Sequence record: PQ818763
Origin: Shigella phage ShigP1
DNA: 64,000 nucleotides
Reading direction: 5' to 3' (one strand)
The notes beneath the pieces were generated by a model. That model ran no database searches. It was not told where the DNA came from and saw nothing but the letters and a program-made list of their open reading frames with translations. Below are positions 29,808 to 41,088 of this stretch, piece after piece (position 1 is the first letter of the stretch; the number at the start of each line of letters is the position of its first letter). Both the position numbers and the translations under genes were made by a program.

Positions 29808-32800
29808 ATGGCTAACATTAAACCGTGGGAAGAAGCTTCCAAAGCTCCTGCGTATCTGAATGCCTCTCCGGAGCAACAAGCTCAAATGAGAGAACAATAT
29901 AAGGCAGCAGGTGGCTCTATTCCTGAGGAACAGCCAGTAGCACAACCACAACAAGAAGAACGTGGTGCTATAGGTGAGTTTGCTCAAGGTGTGTCAAATG
30001 CTCTTCAATCTGGTGGTGCAAATATTGCAGCTAGTGCTGCTAAAGGTATTGGTGGTTTAGTTGAGATTGGTGAGAATCTAGCTGGAGCACAAACTAGTTA
30101 TGGTAAGCGTATCCAAGAGAACTCTCAGAATCTTCTGAAAGAACGTATGGATAAGATTGAGGATGGGATTGGTAAAACTGTAGGTCAGTATGCTGGCGTT
30201 GCTGGTGATATTGGTATGACTGTTGCTAACCCATTGGCTGCTGCTGCTATCATCGCAGGTCGTGAGACAGGTCGTGCATATGCAGACCAAACCCCTGAAG
30301 AGGGGGAAGATAAATCTATTCTAGATGCAGCCTTGGTTGGTGGTGCTAACTATGCGGCTCAGAGAATCCTTCCGGGCGCTGTTGGTACAGCTGAGTCCAC
30401 ACTTGGACGTATTGGTCAGAACGTTGCTACTAACGCAGTGGCTGGTGCTAAAGGTGGTGCTCTTGTAGGTGCTGCTGAAGCTCAGAACAAGCATGGAGAT
30501 GATACAACCTTTGCTAATGTATTAGAGGGTGCTATCGAAGAAGGTGCTATGGGTGCTGCATTCGGTGGTGCAGTTGGTGGGGTTCATGGTTTGATTAGCC
30601 GTCCGGATTCTGCTGTCTTCAAGAACACTCCAGAGTATGCGAAGACCGATATTGCTGCTGATGATGAACTGATTCGTAGTGCTAAGAATATTGATGAATT
30701 GAAAGAAGCTTACTCTAAAGCTGAAACTGCTAACGCTGCTTCTGCTCTGAACCTTCTGGATGAGAATGGATTCCGTATTACAGATGCTGTTGCTGTAGAT
30801 TCTCCTGCCGCTCAGCGTATTCTTAATACTGACCAAGCTCGTGCTGAGAAAGCTGCTTCCGTTCAGAAAGAACATTCCAACATTCCGGGCCTCAACCCTT
30901 TAGCTTCTCCTGCTAAGACTCGTGGTAAAGCATTCGCTGATAACGAGCACAACCAGAAGCAGGCTGTTGCTATGAAGGATGCAATGGCTGACTACACCAA
31001 AGACAACACGAAAGCTCTTACAGATGTTCTAGATAATCTAGACCGTGAATTAACCTCTCTCCGAGCTTCTGGTGATTTTACTGGTAGTCCGATTGATATT
31101 AAGAATCGTACACAAGCCGACCGTGACTTCATTGATGCTTACAAGACTTTCTATAATGAAGCAAATCGATTCAAAGCTCGTGATGGTGAAGACTTTAACA
31201 ACTTTGTAGAGAAAGCTGCTGAACTACAGAAGATGGCTGATAATGTTTCTCCAGAGATGAAGAAAGCTATTGGTGGGTTGAAGAAACTGAAAGGTATGCC
31301 TGAAGGTTTTAATCCTATTCAAGATGCTTACACTCTGAACAATACAGCTAAGTTCATGAGCAATCAAGACCGTGGTTGGACTTCCCTGACTGATGATGGA
31401 TTCCGTGAGGCTTCTTCACCTAGTCTGGTAATGAACACTCTTGGTGCTGCTAAGTATGCTCTGAATCGCTTCTCTTCTCAGCGTGCTCGCTCTCAACGTG
31501 TTAAGCAACAAGAATCTAACAGCGAAGCTATCCGCTCTCTTGCTCGTGGTGATTTGGAAGTTGCTCGTGCTAAATCTACTGCTGATGAAGCTCGTGCTAA
31601 AATGGAAGAAGAACCAGTTGTTGATGACATTAAATTTAAGACGCAAAATGACGTGGAAACCGAACCGGTTCGGGAGCCTTCTTCTAGTACTGTGACGGAA
31701 GAAAATCTTCCTTCTTCTGCTCCTCAAGAAACTCCTCTTACAGCTCGTGATTTAGTTGCGCAAAGACGCGCTATCCGTCAGGCTGAACAGCGTCGCGCTG
31801 AAGAAGAGGCATTGGCTGCTCAAGAAGCTCCGGTCGAACAAACTCCACAGGCTGAACCTCTCCCTGCTCGTAACCCTCTAGAGGAGCGTCGTGCAATGGA
31901 ACAGCAACGTGCTCAAGAAGAGGCCGCACAGGCTCCAGAACCAACCGTAGAGGAACCAACAGTCAAAGCTGAGCCATTACCTGCTCGTGCTCCTAAAGCT
32001 CCTAAGGAAGCTGTACAGGACGTTAAACCGGCAAGTGGTGTAGAACGTTTAGCTGCTATGTCTAGTGCTGCTCGTCAGGCTACTAAAGATCGTGCAGAAC
32101 GTTTTGCTCGTTCTCTGTACTCTAAGGCTGCTAAAGCTAAAGCTACTGCTGAAAACTTCTTGGCCTATAAAGGTGATCCTAAGGAACTGATGCGTCGTAT
32201 TCGTCAGGAAGATAATGCTATCAACACTGAACGTCATGAAGAAATGGCTCGTAACCAGCTGGCTTCTCAGCAAGGTATTGCTACTGCTAAGAACAACACT
32301 GTACGAACTAATTTTGCTGAGTGGGTTAAGGAACGTGGTCTGCCAGAAGACATTGCTACTAAGGCATTACGTGCTGAAGAGAAAGGTTTAGGTGGGAACG
32401 TAACTAACTTGGATAGTCTGAAACGTCGTGCTGAAAGGTTGTATCAGAAGCAGCGTGAGGATGAGTTTGATAGATTATATCAACAAGCTCTAGAAGAGAA
32501 CAAAGCTTTCGATAAGAAGGATGCTCCTAAACTGGTTGACCAGAAGAAAGAGCTTCAGTCTGAGATTGATGCTTTGATTGATTCAGAACCTTTACGTCCT
32601 GCTCAGAAAGATGCTATGCGTAAGCTGATGAATGACTTTGTAGATGGGAAGTTTAAATCTTCAGAGAAGGCTGGCAGGGAAGAGGCTTTGGAAGTTGGTC
32701 AGATGAAGGATATTTGGGATGGGTTTATTAACACCTACAACAGAGAAGTGAATGCCTTCAACAAAGCTAACAAGAACTCTCAGTACGAAGCTGCTGCTAA

Positions 32801-34229
32801 GCATTTACAGGCTCGTGAAGAACGTCTTGCTACTCTGAAAAACAAAGCTCAGGCTCGTTCAGATGCTAAGGCTGCTGTTGAGAATGAACGTAAAACTTTA
32901 GAGGCTATTGCAGCTCAGAAGAGTGAGATTGAGAAGATGATGGAAGGTTTACCTAAACCTGTTCGTGAGGCTCAGGAATCTCGTACATTGAAACAGTTGG
33001 CTGCTCACCATGACAAGAACTCTCCAGTTCCTCCAGAGAAGTTCCGTAGTTACATTGAACGTATCCACAACGCCGAGTCAGATTACCTTGATCGTCAGCG
33101 TCGTTTAACTGATGCAGAGGAAGATGCTCGTCAGGCCAAGTGGAACAAGATGTACGAGCAAGCGGAAGAGATGAACCGTAAGTTTGATGTGGACAAGAGA
33201 GTTAAGCGCAGTGAAGAGCTTAAAGCGGCCCAAGAGCGTGAGAATGATCTTATGGCAGTACAACGTCAACGTGATGACATTCATCGCCGCCTGATGCGTA
33301 CTATGGAAGATAAGGGCATATCTAGAGAGGATGCTGAAGCATTTGCTGGTTCCTATATGGATAACCGTTATGCACTTCTTGAGAAGCCTATGACTCCTAC
33401 TGAACATCAGAATGCTCGTTCTCGTATCGAAGCTGATGTTGAGAAGTTTGCTAAGAAGTACGAATCAATGACTCCTATCGAGAAAGAGATTGTTAAGGTT
33501 ACTGGAGATACTGAAGGTAAGCTTGATAACTTGGATGCGGATACTAGGAAGGCTATTGAGGAGGCTCAGAAGGTTGACTCTGATATTAAGAAACTGCAAG
33601 AGGAAGAATTGGAGATGGAGAAGATTCGTTCTGCTCTGCCTGATGATGAAAAATCTCAAGCAAATTCTGATATCTTGGAAAGCATTAAACAACAGGAAGA
33701 GGTCTTTGCTGATAAAGTAGAGAAAGCTTTCTTGAGTGGGAAGAGCTTGGATGAGTTGGCTAGTGTGGCTGAAGTTTTAGACAGGGTTCATGGTGCAGAT
33801 AAGGCTGGTAACAACCGTCGCTTTGTACGTGCATTGCAGACTGCTGCTGAAAACAAGAAGAAGTATGGTGATAATCCAGTAGCTTGGTTTAGTGCTGATG
33901 ATTACTCTGCCATTGCTAAACTTGGTGCTTCTTCCGCAGGTGGTAACAAATCCAGAGCACTGGAGAAGATCTTTGGTTCTACAGCTGAACAGGCTAAGAG
34001 TAAGTTGCTTGGTAGGGATGATGTAGCGAAGATGAGACGTGTAATTGAAGAGAACCCTGATATTAAGATTCCTTCTTACAAGACAACGAATCGTACTGAG
34101 TACTTGAAGTTCTTGGAGAAGTTTAATGACGAAGGGAAGCCGAAGATTAAACGTGGCTCATTGTCAGAGAAGCTTGAACGCAGTAAGCGTCAATCGAGAC
34201 TCCGTGTAAGAGTTCGACCTAAGGAGTGA
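29808..34229 (+). CDS. Very large internal/ejection protein (Ala/Glu/Lys/Arg-rich, coiled-coil)
   Basis: About 1473 aa from the ATG at 29808 (SD AAAGGAGA); long charged helical repeats; last gene of the late module. Confidence 0.5.
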   Translation: MANIKPWEEASKAPAYLNASPEQQAQMREQYKAAGGSIPEEQPVAQPQQEERGAIGEFAQGVSNALQSGGANIAASAAKGIGGLVEIGENLAGAQTSYGKRIQENSQNLLKERMDKIEDGIGKTVGQYAGVAGDIGMTVANPLAAAAIIAGRETGRAYADQTPEEGEDKSILDAALVGGANYAAQRILPGAVGTAESTLGRIGQNVATNAVAGAKGGALVGAAEAQNKHGDDTTFANVLEGAIEEGAMGAAFGGAVGGVHGLISRPDSAVFKNTPEYAKTDIAADDELIRSAKNIDELKEAYSKAETANAASALNLLDENGFRITDAVAVDSPAAQRILNTDQARAEKAASVQKEHSNIPGLNPLASPAKTRGKAFADNEHNQKQAVAMKDAMADYTKDNTKALTDVLDNLDRELTSLRASGDFTGSPIDIKNRTQADRDFIDAYKTFYNEANRFKARDGEDFNNFVEKAAELQKMADNVSPEMKKAIGGLKKLKGMPEGFNPIQDAYTLNNTAKFMSNQDRGWTSLTDDGFREASSPSLVMNTLGAAKYALNRFSSQRARSQRVKQQESNSEAIRSLARGDLEVARAKSTADEARAKMEEEPVVDDIKFKTQNDVETEPVREPSSSTVTEENLPSSAPQETPLTARDLVAQRRAIRQAEQRRAEEEALAAQEAPVEQTPQAEPLPARNPLEERRAMEQQRAQEEAAQAPEPTVEEPTVKAEPLPARAPKAPKEAVQDVKPASGVERLAAMSSAARQATKDRAERFARSLYSKAAKAKATAENFLAYKGDPKELMRRIRQEDNAINTERHEEMARNQLASQQGIATAKNNTVRTNFAEWVKERGLPEDIATKALRAEEKGLGGNVTNLDSLKRRAERLYQKQREDEFDRLYQQALEENKAFDKKDAPKLVDQKKELQSEIDALIDSEPLRPAQKDAMRKLMNDFVDGKFKSSEKAGREEALEVGQMKDIWDGFINTYNREVNAFNKANKNSQYEAAAKHLQAREERLATLKNKAQARSDAKAAVENERKTLEAIAAQKSEIEKMMEGLPKPVREAQESRTLKQLAAHHDKNSPVPPEKFRSYIERIHNAESDYLDRQRRLTDAEEDARQAKWNKMYEQAEEMNRKFDVDKRVKRSEELKAAQERENDLMAVQRQRDDIHRRLMRTMEDKGISREDAEAFAGSYMDNRYALLEKPMTPTEHQNARSRIEADVEKFAKKYESMTPIEKEIVKVTGDTEGKLDNLDADTRKAIEEAQKVDSDIKKLQEEELEMEKIRSALPDDEKSQANSDILESIKQQEEVFADKVEKAFLSGKSLDELASVAEVLDRVHGADKAGNNRRFVRALQTAAENKKKYGDNPVAWFSADDYSAIAKLGASSAGGNKSRALEKIFGSTAEQAKSKLLGRDDVAKMRRVIEENPDIKIPSYKTTNRTEYLKFLEKFNDEGKPKIKRGSLSEKLERSKRQSRLRVRVRPKE

Positions 34230-34235
34230 TAAAAG

Positions 34236-34272
34236 AAAAGCCCTCAAGGAGAAATCCAAGAGGGCTTTATTA
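34236..34272. terminator. Bidirectional terminator between the convergent late (+) and early/middle (-) modules
   Basis: agccctc ... gagggct stem flanked by an A-run upstream and a T-run downstream. Confidence 0.6.
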
Positions 34273-34273
34273 T

Positions 34274-34639
34274 TTAACGTCCCCAATCTTTATTGGTAAA
34301 CGTTTTTAGTCGGTGACAGTTCGCACAAAGTGTTTGAAGATTTTCTTCTCTATTATCTTTGTGATTACCGTTTATGTGATCTACATCTAATTGACAAGTG
34401 TGTTTAGGGACGAAACCACACAACTCGCACACTTCTTTCTTAAAGTCTACGTATGGCGATTTATATCGTCTAGTACGTTCTCTGTGTGCATCCATATTCT
34501 CGTACTCTCTTTTATTGCAAGGAGAGCACAAAGGTGCAAACTTTCCACCACCTTTTGATTTCTGAGGGTTCTTGTTGCACAAAACACAAAGACCACGAAC
34601 ATTAGATGGCTCTGTTTTTCTAAACCTCCATGTTCCCAT
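34274..34639 (-). CDS. HNH endonuclease
   Basis: CELCGFVPKHTCQLDVDHINGNHKDNREENLQTLCANCHRLKT is a canonical HNH motif. Confidence 0.8.
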   Translation of the reverse strand: MGTWRFRKTEPSNVRGLCVLCNKNPQKSKGGGKFAPLCSPCNKREYENMDAHRERTRRYKSPYVDFKKEVCELCGFVPKHTCQLDVDHINGNHKDNREENLQTLCANCHRLKTFTNKDWGR

Positions 34640-34695
34640 TAATCCTCCTTGAAGGGGCTTTATTTGTTTCTATATGCTAGAATCCATCAAATTCA

Positions 34696-34956
34696 TCATA
34701 CATCCCAATTTTCTTCTTCGAAGTCAATCATATAGACCTCCCAATCATCTGCAAATAAATCACCCTGAGATGGAATCCATCCGGGCTGAATAATACCTTG
34801 AGCGTTCTTTAAGACCAAATATGGGGCAAAACGGTATTGACCTACAGTATCAACTTTATCACCTACTTTAAAAATGAACTGGTTTGCACCATTCCAACCA
34901 GAGCGGGTAATCTTTTTCCCTTCTTTTACTTTCTCAAGTGCTAAACTAAAATCCAT
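34696..34956 (-). CDS. DUF2829-like small protein (Tad2-like anti-Thoeris candidate)
   Basis: 86 aa; MDFSLALEKVKEGKKITRSGWNGANQFIF... fits the N-terminal pattern I recall for DUF2829 phage proteins (from memory, not searched). Confidence 0.45.
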   Translation of the reverse strand: MDFSLALEKVKEGKKITRSGWNGANQFIFKVGDKVDTVGQYRFAPYLVLKNAQGIIQPGWIPSQGDLFADDWEVYMIDFEEENWDV

Positions 34957-34964
34957 TTGTTCTC

Positions 34965-35192
34965 CTAGATTAAATCATAATACTTAATAATATCAGAGAG
35001 TTTGAACTCTCGAATCTCATCCTTCTCTACATCAATCGCTGTCATAATCCAACAAGGTTTGCCACCGTTATGAAAACGGGAGCTAGCAACGGAGGTTCGG
35101 AGTGGAATAACGGACCGGTCAGCGATCTCACCTCTCCAATTGCGATAGCGAAAGCGAAGCACTTGTTGCGTAGATTTTTGATCATCACTCAT
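34965..35192 (-). CDS. Hypothetical protein (start moved to internal Met)
   Basis: Internal ATG at 35192 chosen because the track ORF overlaps the upstream gene by about 150 nt. Confidence 0.35.
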   Translation of the reverse strand: MSDDQKSTQQVLRFRYRNWRGEIADRSVIPLRTSVASSRFHNGGKPCWIMTAIDVEKDEIREFKLSDIIKYYDLI

Positions 35193-35586
35193 TTCCTTTT
35201 TTGAATTGTTTTCTTGCATCATTTTCCATCTTAGTTTTAATCTTATGACAAGGGTCTTTACACAGAACCTGAAAACCTTCTTTCTCACATAGAGCACGAG
35301 AGATGATTTCATCCCAAGTTGCTTCATGGTCAAGAGGAACTATAGGCTCTATGTGGTCAATAGCCATATCCTTTACAGGGTGGTCAGAACCACACATGGC
35401 ACACTTGAAGTGCATTGCCAGTCTACCTGTCTTTGGATTAATCTTCTGCTCTGTCTTGGCGTCTGCTAGTGCATCGAACATGGGCTTCCACTTTCTAGTC
35501 AGAGAACGAATCCCGGACTTGATGAAAGAGTTGTAACGAGCTTCAGTCCACATTCCACTACAGCGAGTCTTCTCAGACTTCGCCAT
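35185..35586 (-). CDS. HNH-family nuclease
   Basis: HFKCAMCGSDHPVKDMAIDHIEPI...LCKDPCHKIK shows CxxC...DH...CxxCH spacing. Confidence 0.55.
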   Translation of the reverse strand: MAKSEKTRCSGMWTEARYNSFIKSGIRSLTRKWKPMFDALADAKTEQKINPKTGRLAMHFKCAMCGSDHPVKDMAIDHIEPIVPLDHEATWDEIISRALCEKEGFQVLCKDPCHKIKTKMENDARKQFKKGNE

Positions 35587-35752
35587 AATCAGCTTCTTCC
35601 CAAACTCGTTTGTTTACACGATGGCTCACCTTACCCTCACGAGGAATACGACCAGTTCTCTGATCAAACAGTTGATGTTTAATCTTTTGGTCTTTACGAG
35701 ATTCACGATTGGAGGAGTTTTCATCATATGAACGATAATCAAATTTACCCAT
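35573..35752 (-). CDS. Small basic protein, about 59 aa, absent from the ORF track
   Basis: Manual translation MGKFDYRSYDENSSNRESRK...; its stop overlaps the start of the downstream gene. Confidence 0.3.
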   Translation of the reverse strand: MGKFDYRSYDENSSNRESRKDQKIKHQLFDQRTGRIPREGKVSHRVNKRVWEEADYGEV

Positions 35753-35765
35753 TATAATATCCTTA

Positions 35766-36584
35766 TTACCAAGATTTATCTAACCATGTCCAGTCGAACA
35801 GGTCTTCCGGAGTCTGACCAACAAAGAGCAGCCGAGCATTCTCAAGCATCTTCTCTTCATCTTCAGTATCGAACTTCTTATAATATTCCATTCGTACTAT
35901 ATGATACATGGTCCACTTATCTGTAACACCAGCCAATAGTTTAGCTGCTGCTTTCTTCCCTATTCCTTGACGTCGAAGCTGGAGCTTACCACCCCACATA
36001 ACTTCTTCACGTTCTCCACATCCGGGGATATTATCTGTACCATCTCCAATCAACATTTGATAGAAGAAGTTTTGCCATGAAACTAAATCAGATACATAGT
36101 GAGGAGGAACCTCTTTCTGTCTTTCTCCACAAGCCCAACGGTAGTGCCATCCGGGAGTTATCAACAAATCCTTGTCTCTAGTACAGATGATAGTGTTTTT
36201 ATCCCTACGTTGCCTTTCAGCTAGTGCATCATCAGCCTCTCTCCCAAATACATCTATGTATTCATATTTACCTTTAATGTAATCACCAACATTTTGCCAG
36301 TGAAAAGGTCTTTCTCCGGGAGGTCTGTTTGCCTTGTAGTCTTGCTGCTTAGCAACATCAAAACGGAAATTACCACCTTCGCTGAAGTAGAACACAACCT
36401 TACTACAACCTGATCGAGCTATGATTGTATCAATCTTATACTGAAGTCGTTCAATCATGAAATTGTAATCAACTGGAACACGTCCTGTGTCAAGAAAGGG
36501 ATGCTCCTGAGTAAGAGCACCCACTTCATATCGAAGAACGTCAGCATCCACTATAGCTACCTCAGGGAGCTTAACGTCTTCCAT
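35766..36584 (-). CDS. 5'-3' exonuclease / flap endonuclease (FEN, PIN-like)
   Basis: IVDADVLRY, YKANRP, GREADDALA, DKDLL and GDGTDNIPG motifs typical of 5'-3' exonucleases. Confidence 0.8.
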   Translation of the reverse strand: MEDVKLPEVAIVDADVLRYEVGALTQEHPFLDTGRVPVDYNFMIERLQYKIDTIIARSGCSKVVFYFSEGGNFRFDVAKQQDYKANRPPGERPFHWQNVGDYIKGKYEYIDVFGREADDALAERQRRDKNTIICTRDKDLLITPGWHYRWACGERQKEVPPHYVSDLVSWQNFFYQMLIGDGTDNIPGCGEREEVMWGGKLQLRRQGIGKKAAAKLLAGVTDKWTMYHIVRMEYYKKFDTEDEEKMLENARLLFVGQTPEDLFDWTWLDKSW

Positions 36585-36585
36585 A

Positions 36586-37112
36586 TTATTCTCCTAACAG
36601 CTTACGGATTTCATTGCGGAAGTTATCATACTCTTCAGGGTATTCAAACCCACACTCAAGAAGGGCGTAGTGAACAACCTTCAACAAATCCTGAACCTTA
36701 TTCTTATCTTTGTGTCGATAAGCGTATTTGATCATATTGGTTTGTTGGAAGTTCAACTGAGGGTTTGCATGGTAAAACTCAACAGGCTGAATGATTTTAG
36801 ATTCAGGGTTATAGTGTGCACCCCCAACCATAGTGTCTAAAGCTGGACTTCTTTTGCTGGTTTGTTCAGTTGTAGGCTTAAAACTGACTACAGGAACAGA
36901 GGAATAAATTGGATACTCTTCACCTACTGGCGGCTTTACTATCAACCTTTTCATTGCATACCGAATTTCTGTATCAGCAGAACACGAAGAGATTTCTTCA
37001 ACAGATTTACGATAGCTATCAATAACTGCACGTAACATAGAAATCGTTCTGGTCTTATCTCTTAATTTGTGACACAGATCAGCAATCTCTTCTTCCATAA
37101 GGTTAAACTTAT

Positions 37113-37122
<10 letters not shown>
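36586..37122 (-). CDS. Hypothetical protein
   Basis: 178 aa; no motif confidently recognised. Confidence 0.4.
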
Positions 37123-38608
<1,486 letters not shown>

Positions 38609-38609
<1 letters not shown>

Positions 38610-38869
38610 TATTCTATTCCACGCTCTTTCAGAGCTTCTAACAATCCATTGTGATTGGCAGCACATTCTGTGTACTGGTCCTGATACCACTCCAACGTAG
38701 TGGCTAATGCTTTTCCTTGAGCACTTTCTAAAAGAGGCAGGTCAACCCTACATTCAGCTTTTAGGTTTGTTGGTAAGGGCATTGATTGCCTGCTGTTGTC
38801 GCTCGTTGAACAAGCTGACATACTCATCACTAGCGCAGACATTATAAAAAACTGGTTTAGTTTTCTCAT
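38609..38869 (-). CDS. Outer-membrane spanin (o-spanin lipoprotein) candidate, overlapping the i-spanin out of frame
   Basis: MRKLNQFFIMSALVMSMSAC has a lipoprotein-like signal and Cys; embedded in the 3' part of the neighbouring gene in another frame (Rz/Rz1-type arrangement). Confidence 0.45.
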
Positions 38870-39104
38870 AATGCATCTCTTTATAAACGGTTTCCGTGTT
38901 CTTCTTCCAGTTAGATAAACCGGTAAGAACTCTCTGAGCAACTTCATCAGCTGCTCTACTTCTTTCAATCTCTAACTCTTGCTGGTGCTTCTCTTTGTCC
39001 AGATTACTGCTGTCTGTTTGATATTCGTTAAACTTCATACCACCAAAGAATACAAGAGCTGAGAAAACGATAAACCCTAAGTTATCACTTAATGTGTTTT
39101 GCAT
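38754..39104 (-). CDS. Inner-membrane spanin (i-spanin) candidate
   Basis: N-terminal TM helix LGFIVFSALVFFGG followed by a charged helical domain; start at ATG 39104 (SD GGAGA) because the track start lies within the upstream terminator. Confidence 0.5.
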   Translation of the reverse strand: MQNTLSDNLGFIVFSALVFFGGMKFNEYQTDSSNLDKEKHQQELEIERSRAADEVAQRVLTGLSNWKKNTETVYKEMHYEKTKPVFYNVCASDEYVSLFNERQQQAINALTNKPKS

Positions 39105-39117
39105 GTTGTCTCCAACG

Positions 39118-39146
39118 AAAAAAGCCACCCGGAGGTGGCTAAGCTA
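39118..39146 (-). terminator. Rho-independent terminator (agccacc / ggtggct with T-run on the minus strand)
   Basis: Perfect 7-bp stem followed by TTTTTT on the minus strand, downstream of the SSB-like gene. Confidence 0.6.
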
Positions 39147-39161
39147 TAACAAGGAGAGTTA

Positions 39162-39908
39162 TTAGAATGGGCTATCGTTGTCGTCTTCGTAAGTAGAAGC
39201 AGGCTCTTTATCAATCGTAGGGATTGAAGGAGTAGCTTCTTTCTGCTCTGTTTCAGAAGCACGAGTAATTTCACGACCAGCCAGAGGCATGTTCTTAGCG
39301 TCATTAGCTTGAGTAAGCAGGTTGCGCTGGAACGGGAACATCAGTTGATAGGATGCTACGTTCTCATCGGTTTCAGCATACGGTTCGAAGAATACCAGAG
39401 GACTACGAGCTTCACCAACTGCTGCACGATATTTGGTTGGGATTGGAGAAATGGTCTTGATGGAGTTTTTAACTTCACCAGATTTGTTAGTATAAGAGTT
39501 AACCAGAATGTTAACAGGCTGACCTAACAGAACATCCTTGAACCAAGACAGATCACCTTTCAGTGCTTGAATACTTGGGTCAATCATTTTGCAAAGATCA
39601 AGAATACCAGAGTTCTTAGCTCGTGGGTTTACATCATAGCTCTTGAACTGGCAAGCTGGACGTGGTTCTAATGCCTTACCATCGGAATCTTTACCAGTAG
39701 CATCAACACCAATCAGCTCGAAAGCTAAATCCATACGGAAAGCCGGATTCTTAGGAGTTACTGCTTTGGTCTTCGGGTCAATCCAAGGGTCACGATTGTG
39801 AACACCCAAACCTACTACACGAACGATACGTGCTTCGTATTCACCATCAGGGATTACATCGTAGTTGGATTTACGGGAAGCAGTTGCGATAGTTGGAATC
39901 ATAGACAT
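39162..39908 (-). CDS. Single-stranded DNA-binding protein candidate (acidic C-terminal tail ending in Phe)
   Basis: 248 aa; C-terminus ...TYEDDNDSPF resembles the acidic, aromatic-terminated tail of SSBs; located in the replication module. Confidence 0.45.
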   Translation of the reverse strand: MSMIPTIATASRKSNYDVIPDGEYEARIVRVVGLGVHNRDPWIDPKTKAVTPKNPAFRMDLAFELIGVDATGKDSDGKALEPRPACQFKSYDVNPRAKNSGILDLCKMIDPSIQALKGDLSWFKDVLLGQPVNILVNSYTNKSGEVKNSIKTISPIPTKYRAAVGEARSPLVFFEPYAETDENVASYQLMFPFQRNLLTQANDAKNMPLAGREITRASETEQKEATPSIPTIDKEPASTYEDDNDSPF

Positions 39909-40324
39909 ATTTTAATTTCCTTATTTAATTTGAAAGATTGTTGCTCTCTTTGAGCGGTTATGTATAGTATACATTACGCTTATACCGATAAGAGTACTAT
40001 ATAATATAAGTATCTTTGGTAGTAGATATAACACACTAGTAATGTATATATTGTATAGCTGATAAAGTTATTGCAGGCTTGTATATTGGGCAATTCACAG
40101 AATCCCTTGCAAGTACCGAAGGGCAGGAGCCACCTGCGAGATAAAAATAGAGAATTAAGGAATCCTTGATTTAGGTTGTAGGGACTCCTAGGGACTTTGA
40201 TTCTCTATTTAAAAGAATATTAATTACTTATTACCTAAATAATTAACTAACCTACTTAAACCAAATTCAAGAATAATAGATAAAAAGATTATTCCTAAGA
40301 AAGCTAAAAAGTAAAGGATATAAG
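39909..40324 (-). promoter_or_regulatory. ORF-free AT-rich region of 416 bp with an 11-bp inverted repeat and a short direct repeat; candidate promoter/operator or origin
   Basis: aaatagagaat (40145-40155) and attctctattt (40200-40210) are reverse complements; tagggact is duplicated between them. Confidence 0.35.
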
Positions 40325-40552
40325 TTACCATTCAAGTAAACCTTTAAAGTTAGTTTGTTCTACTATCCTCTGATAACGAAGATTAGAATCAGCTTGTTTC
40401 TTTAACATCTCATTATATTGATCTCTGATAGAGTCTTTATAAACTACAGGTTCTTTAAATACTGAGATCTTCTTTTTCTCAGAGTTAGATAGTACATCCA
40501 TCACAGGTAAGATCTCCGAGAAGGGACAGTGATAACAAACGAGACTGCTCAT
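40325..40552 (-). CDS. Small hypothetical protein
   Basis: ORF of 75 aa; no motif recognised. Confidence 0.3.
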   Translation of the reverse strand: MSSLVCYHCPFSEILPVMDVLSNSEKKKISVFKEPVVYKDSIRDQYNEMLKKQADSNLRYQRIVEQTNFKGLLEW

Positions 40553-40700
40553 CGCTATACAGTTGATCTATCTCTTCTTTAAGTTTTGCTAACTCAATGA
40601 AATTGATAAGTTGACCATGTTCAAGACAGTCTGTTTTTAGTATAAATAAAACTTCAGCGTTTGTTGAATCTTCACTTGAGTATTTATCAATGTATTCCAT
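40485..40700 (-). CDS. Small hypothetical protein
   Basis: ORF of 71 aa; no motif recognised. Confidence 0.3.
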   Translation of the reverse strand: MEYIDKYSSEDSTNAEVLFILKTDCLEHGQLINFIELAKLKEEIDQLYSDEQSRLLSLSLLGDLTCDGCTI

Positions 40701-40702
40701 TT

Positions 40703-40924
40703 TTATGCCACATCTCCTTGTTTGTTGTTAATAACATCCAGTGCTGTGTAAGGTTTACCTGTTCCTAAGTATTCCAGAACTGGAGGATTCTTCTTTTCTT
40801 CAGCGACTACATAAGGTGTGATCTTTCCTTTCAGTACAGCCTGAGATGCTTTAGCACTATCTTCAGATGTGTGAATAGTAGTAAGCCCTTTCTTCCCAAT
40901 TCTATAAGTGTGAACCCAAATCAT
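40703..40924 (-). CDS. Small hypothetical protein
   Basis: ORF of 73 aa; its start overlaps the upstream stop (ATGA). Confidence 0.35.
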   Translation of the reverse strand: MIWVHTYRIGKKGLTTIHTSEDSAKASQAVLKGKITPYVVAEEKKNPPVLEYLGTGKPYTALDVINNKQGDVA

Positions 40925-41088
40925 ACTTCTTCCTCATATTCCCAATTTCTTTCATAATACCCAGAGTTGTAGTTTAGGGCGCACTTCTCGGCCTCTTCTA
41001 TGTCGTCGGTGTTTAGGATATTCACCCACCCTCCAGCTTCATCAAAACCTTCTTCTTCCTCGTTAATCCATACACTATATTTCTTCAT
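40921..41088 (-). CDS. Small acidic protein, about 55 aa, absent from the ORF track
   Basis: Manual translation MKKYSVWINEEEEGFDEAGGW...; ATGA overlaps at both ends. Confidence 0.35.
   Translation of the reverse strand: MKKYSVWINEEEEGFDEAGGWVNILNTDDIEEAEKCALNYNSGYYERNWEYEEEV

Noticed and set aside
38610-38690. Long form of the macro-domain gene starting at 38690
   Set aside because: Would overlap the upstream gene by 82 nt; an internal ATG at 38609 overlaps the upstream stop (TAATG) and begins just before the conserved macro core.
39089-39304. 71-aa minus-strand ORF overlapping the SSB-like gene and a terminator
   Set aside because: Off-frame overlap with the SSB-like gene and it spans the terminator hairpin; Leu/Lys-rich composition without start context.
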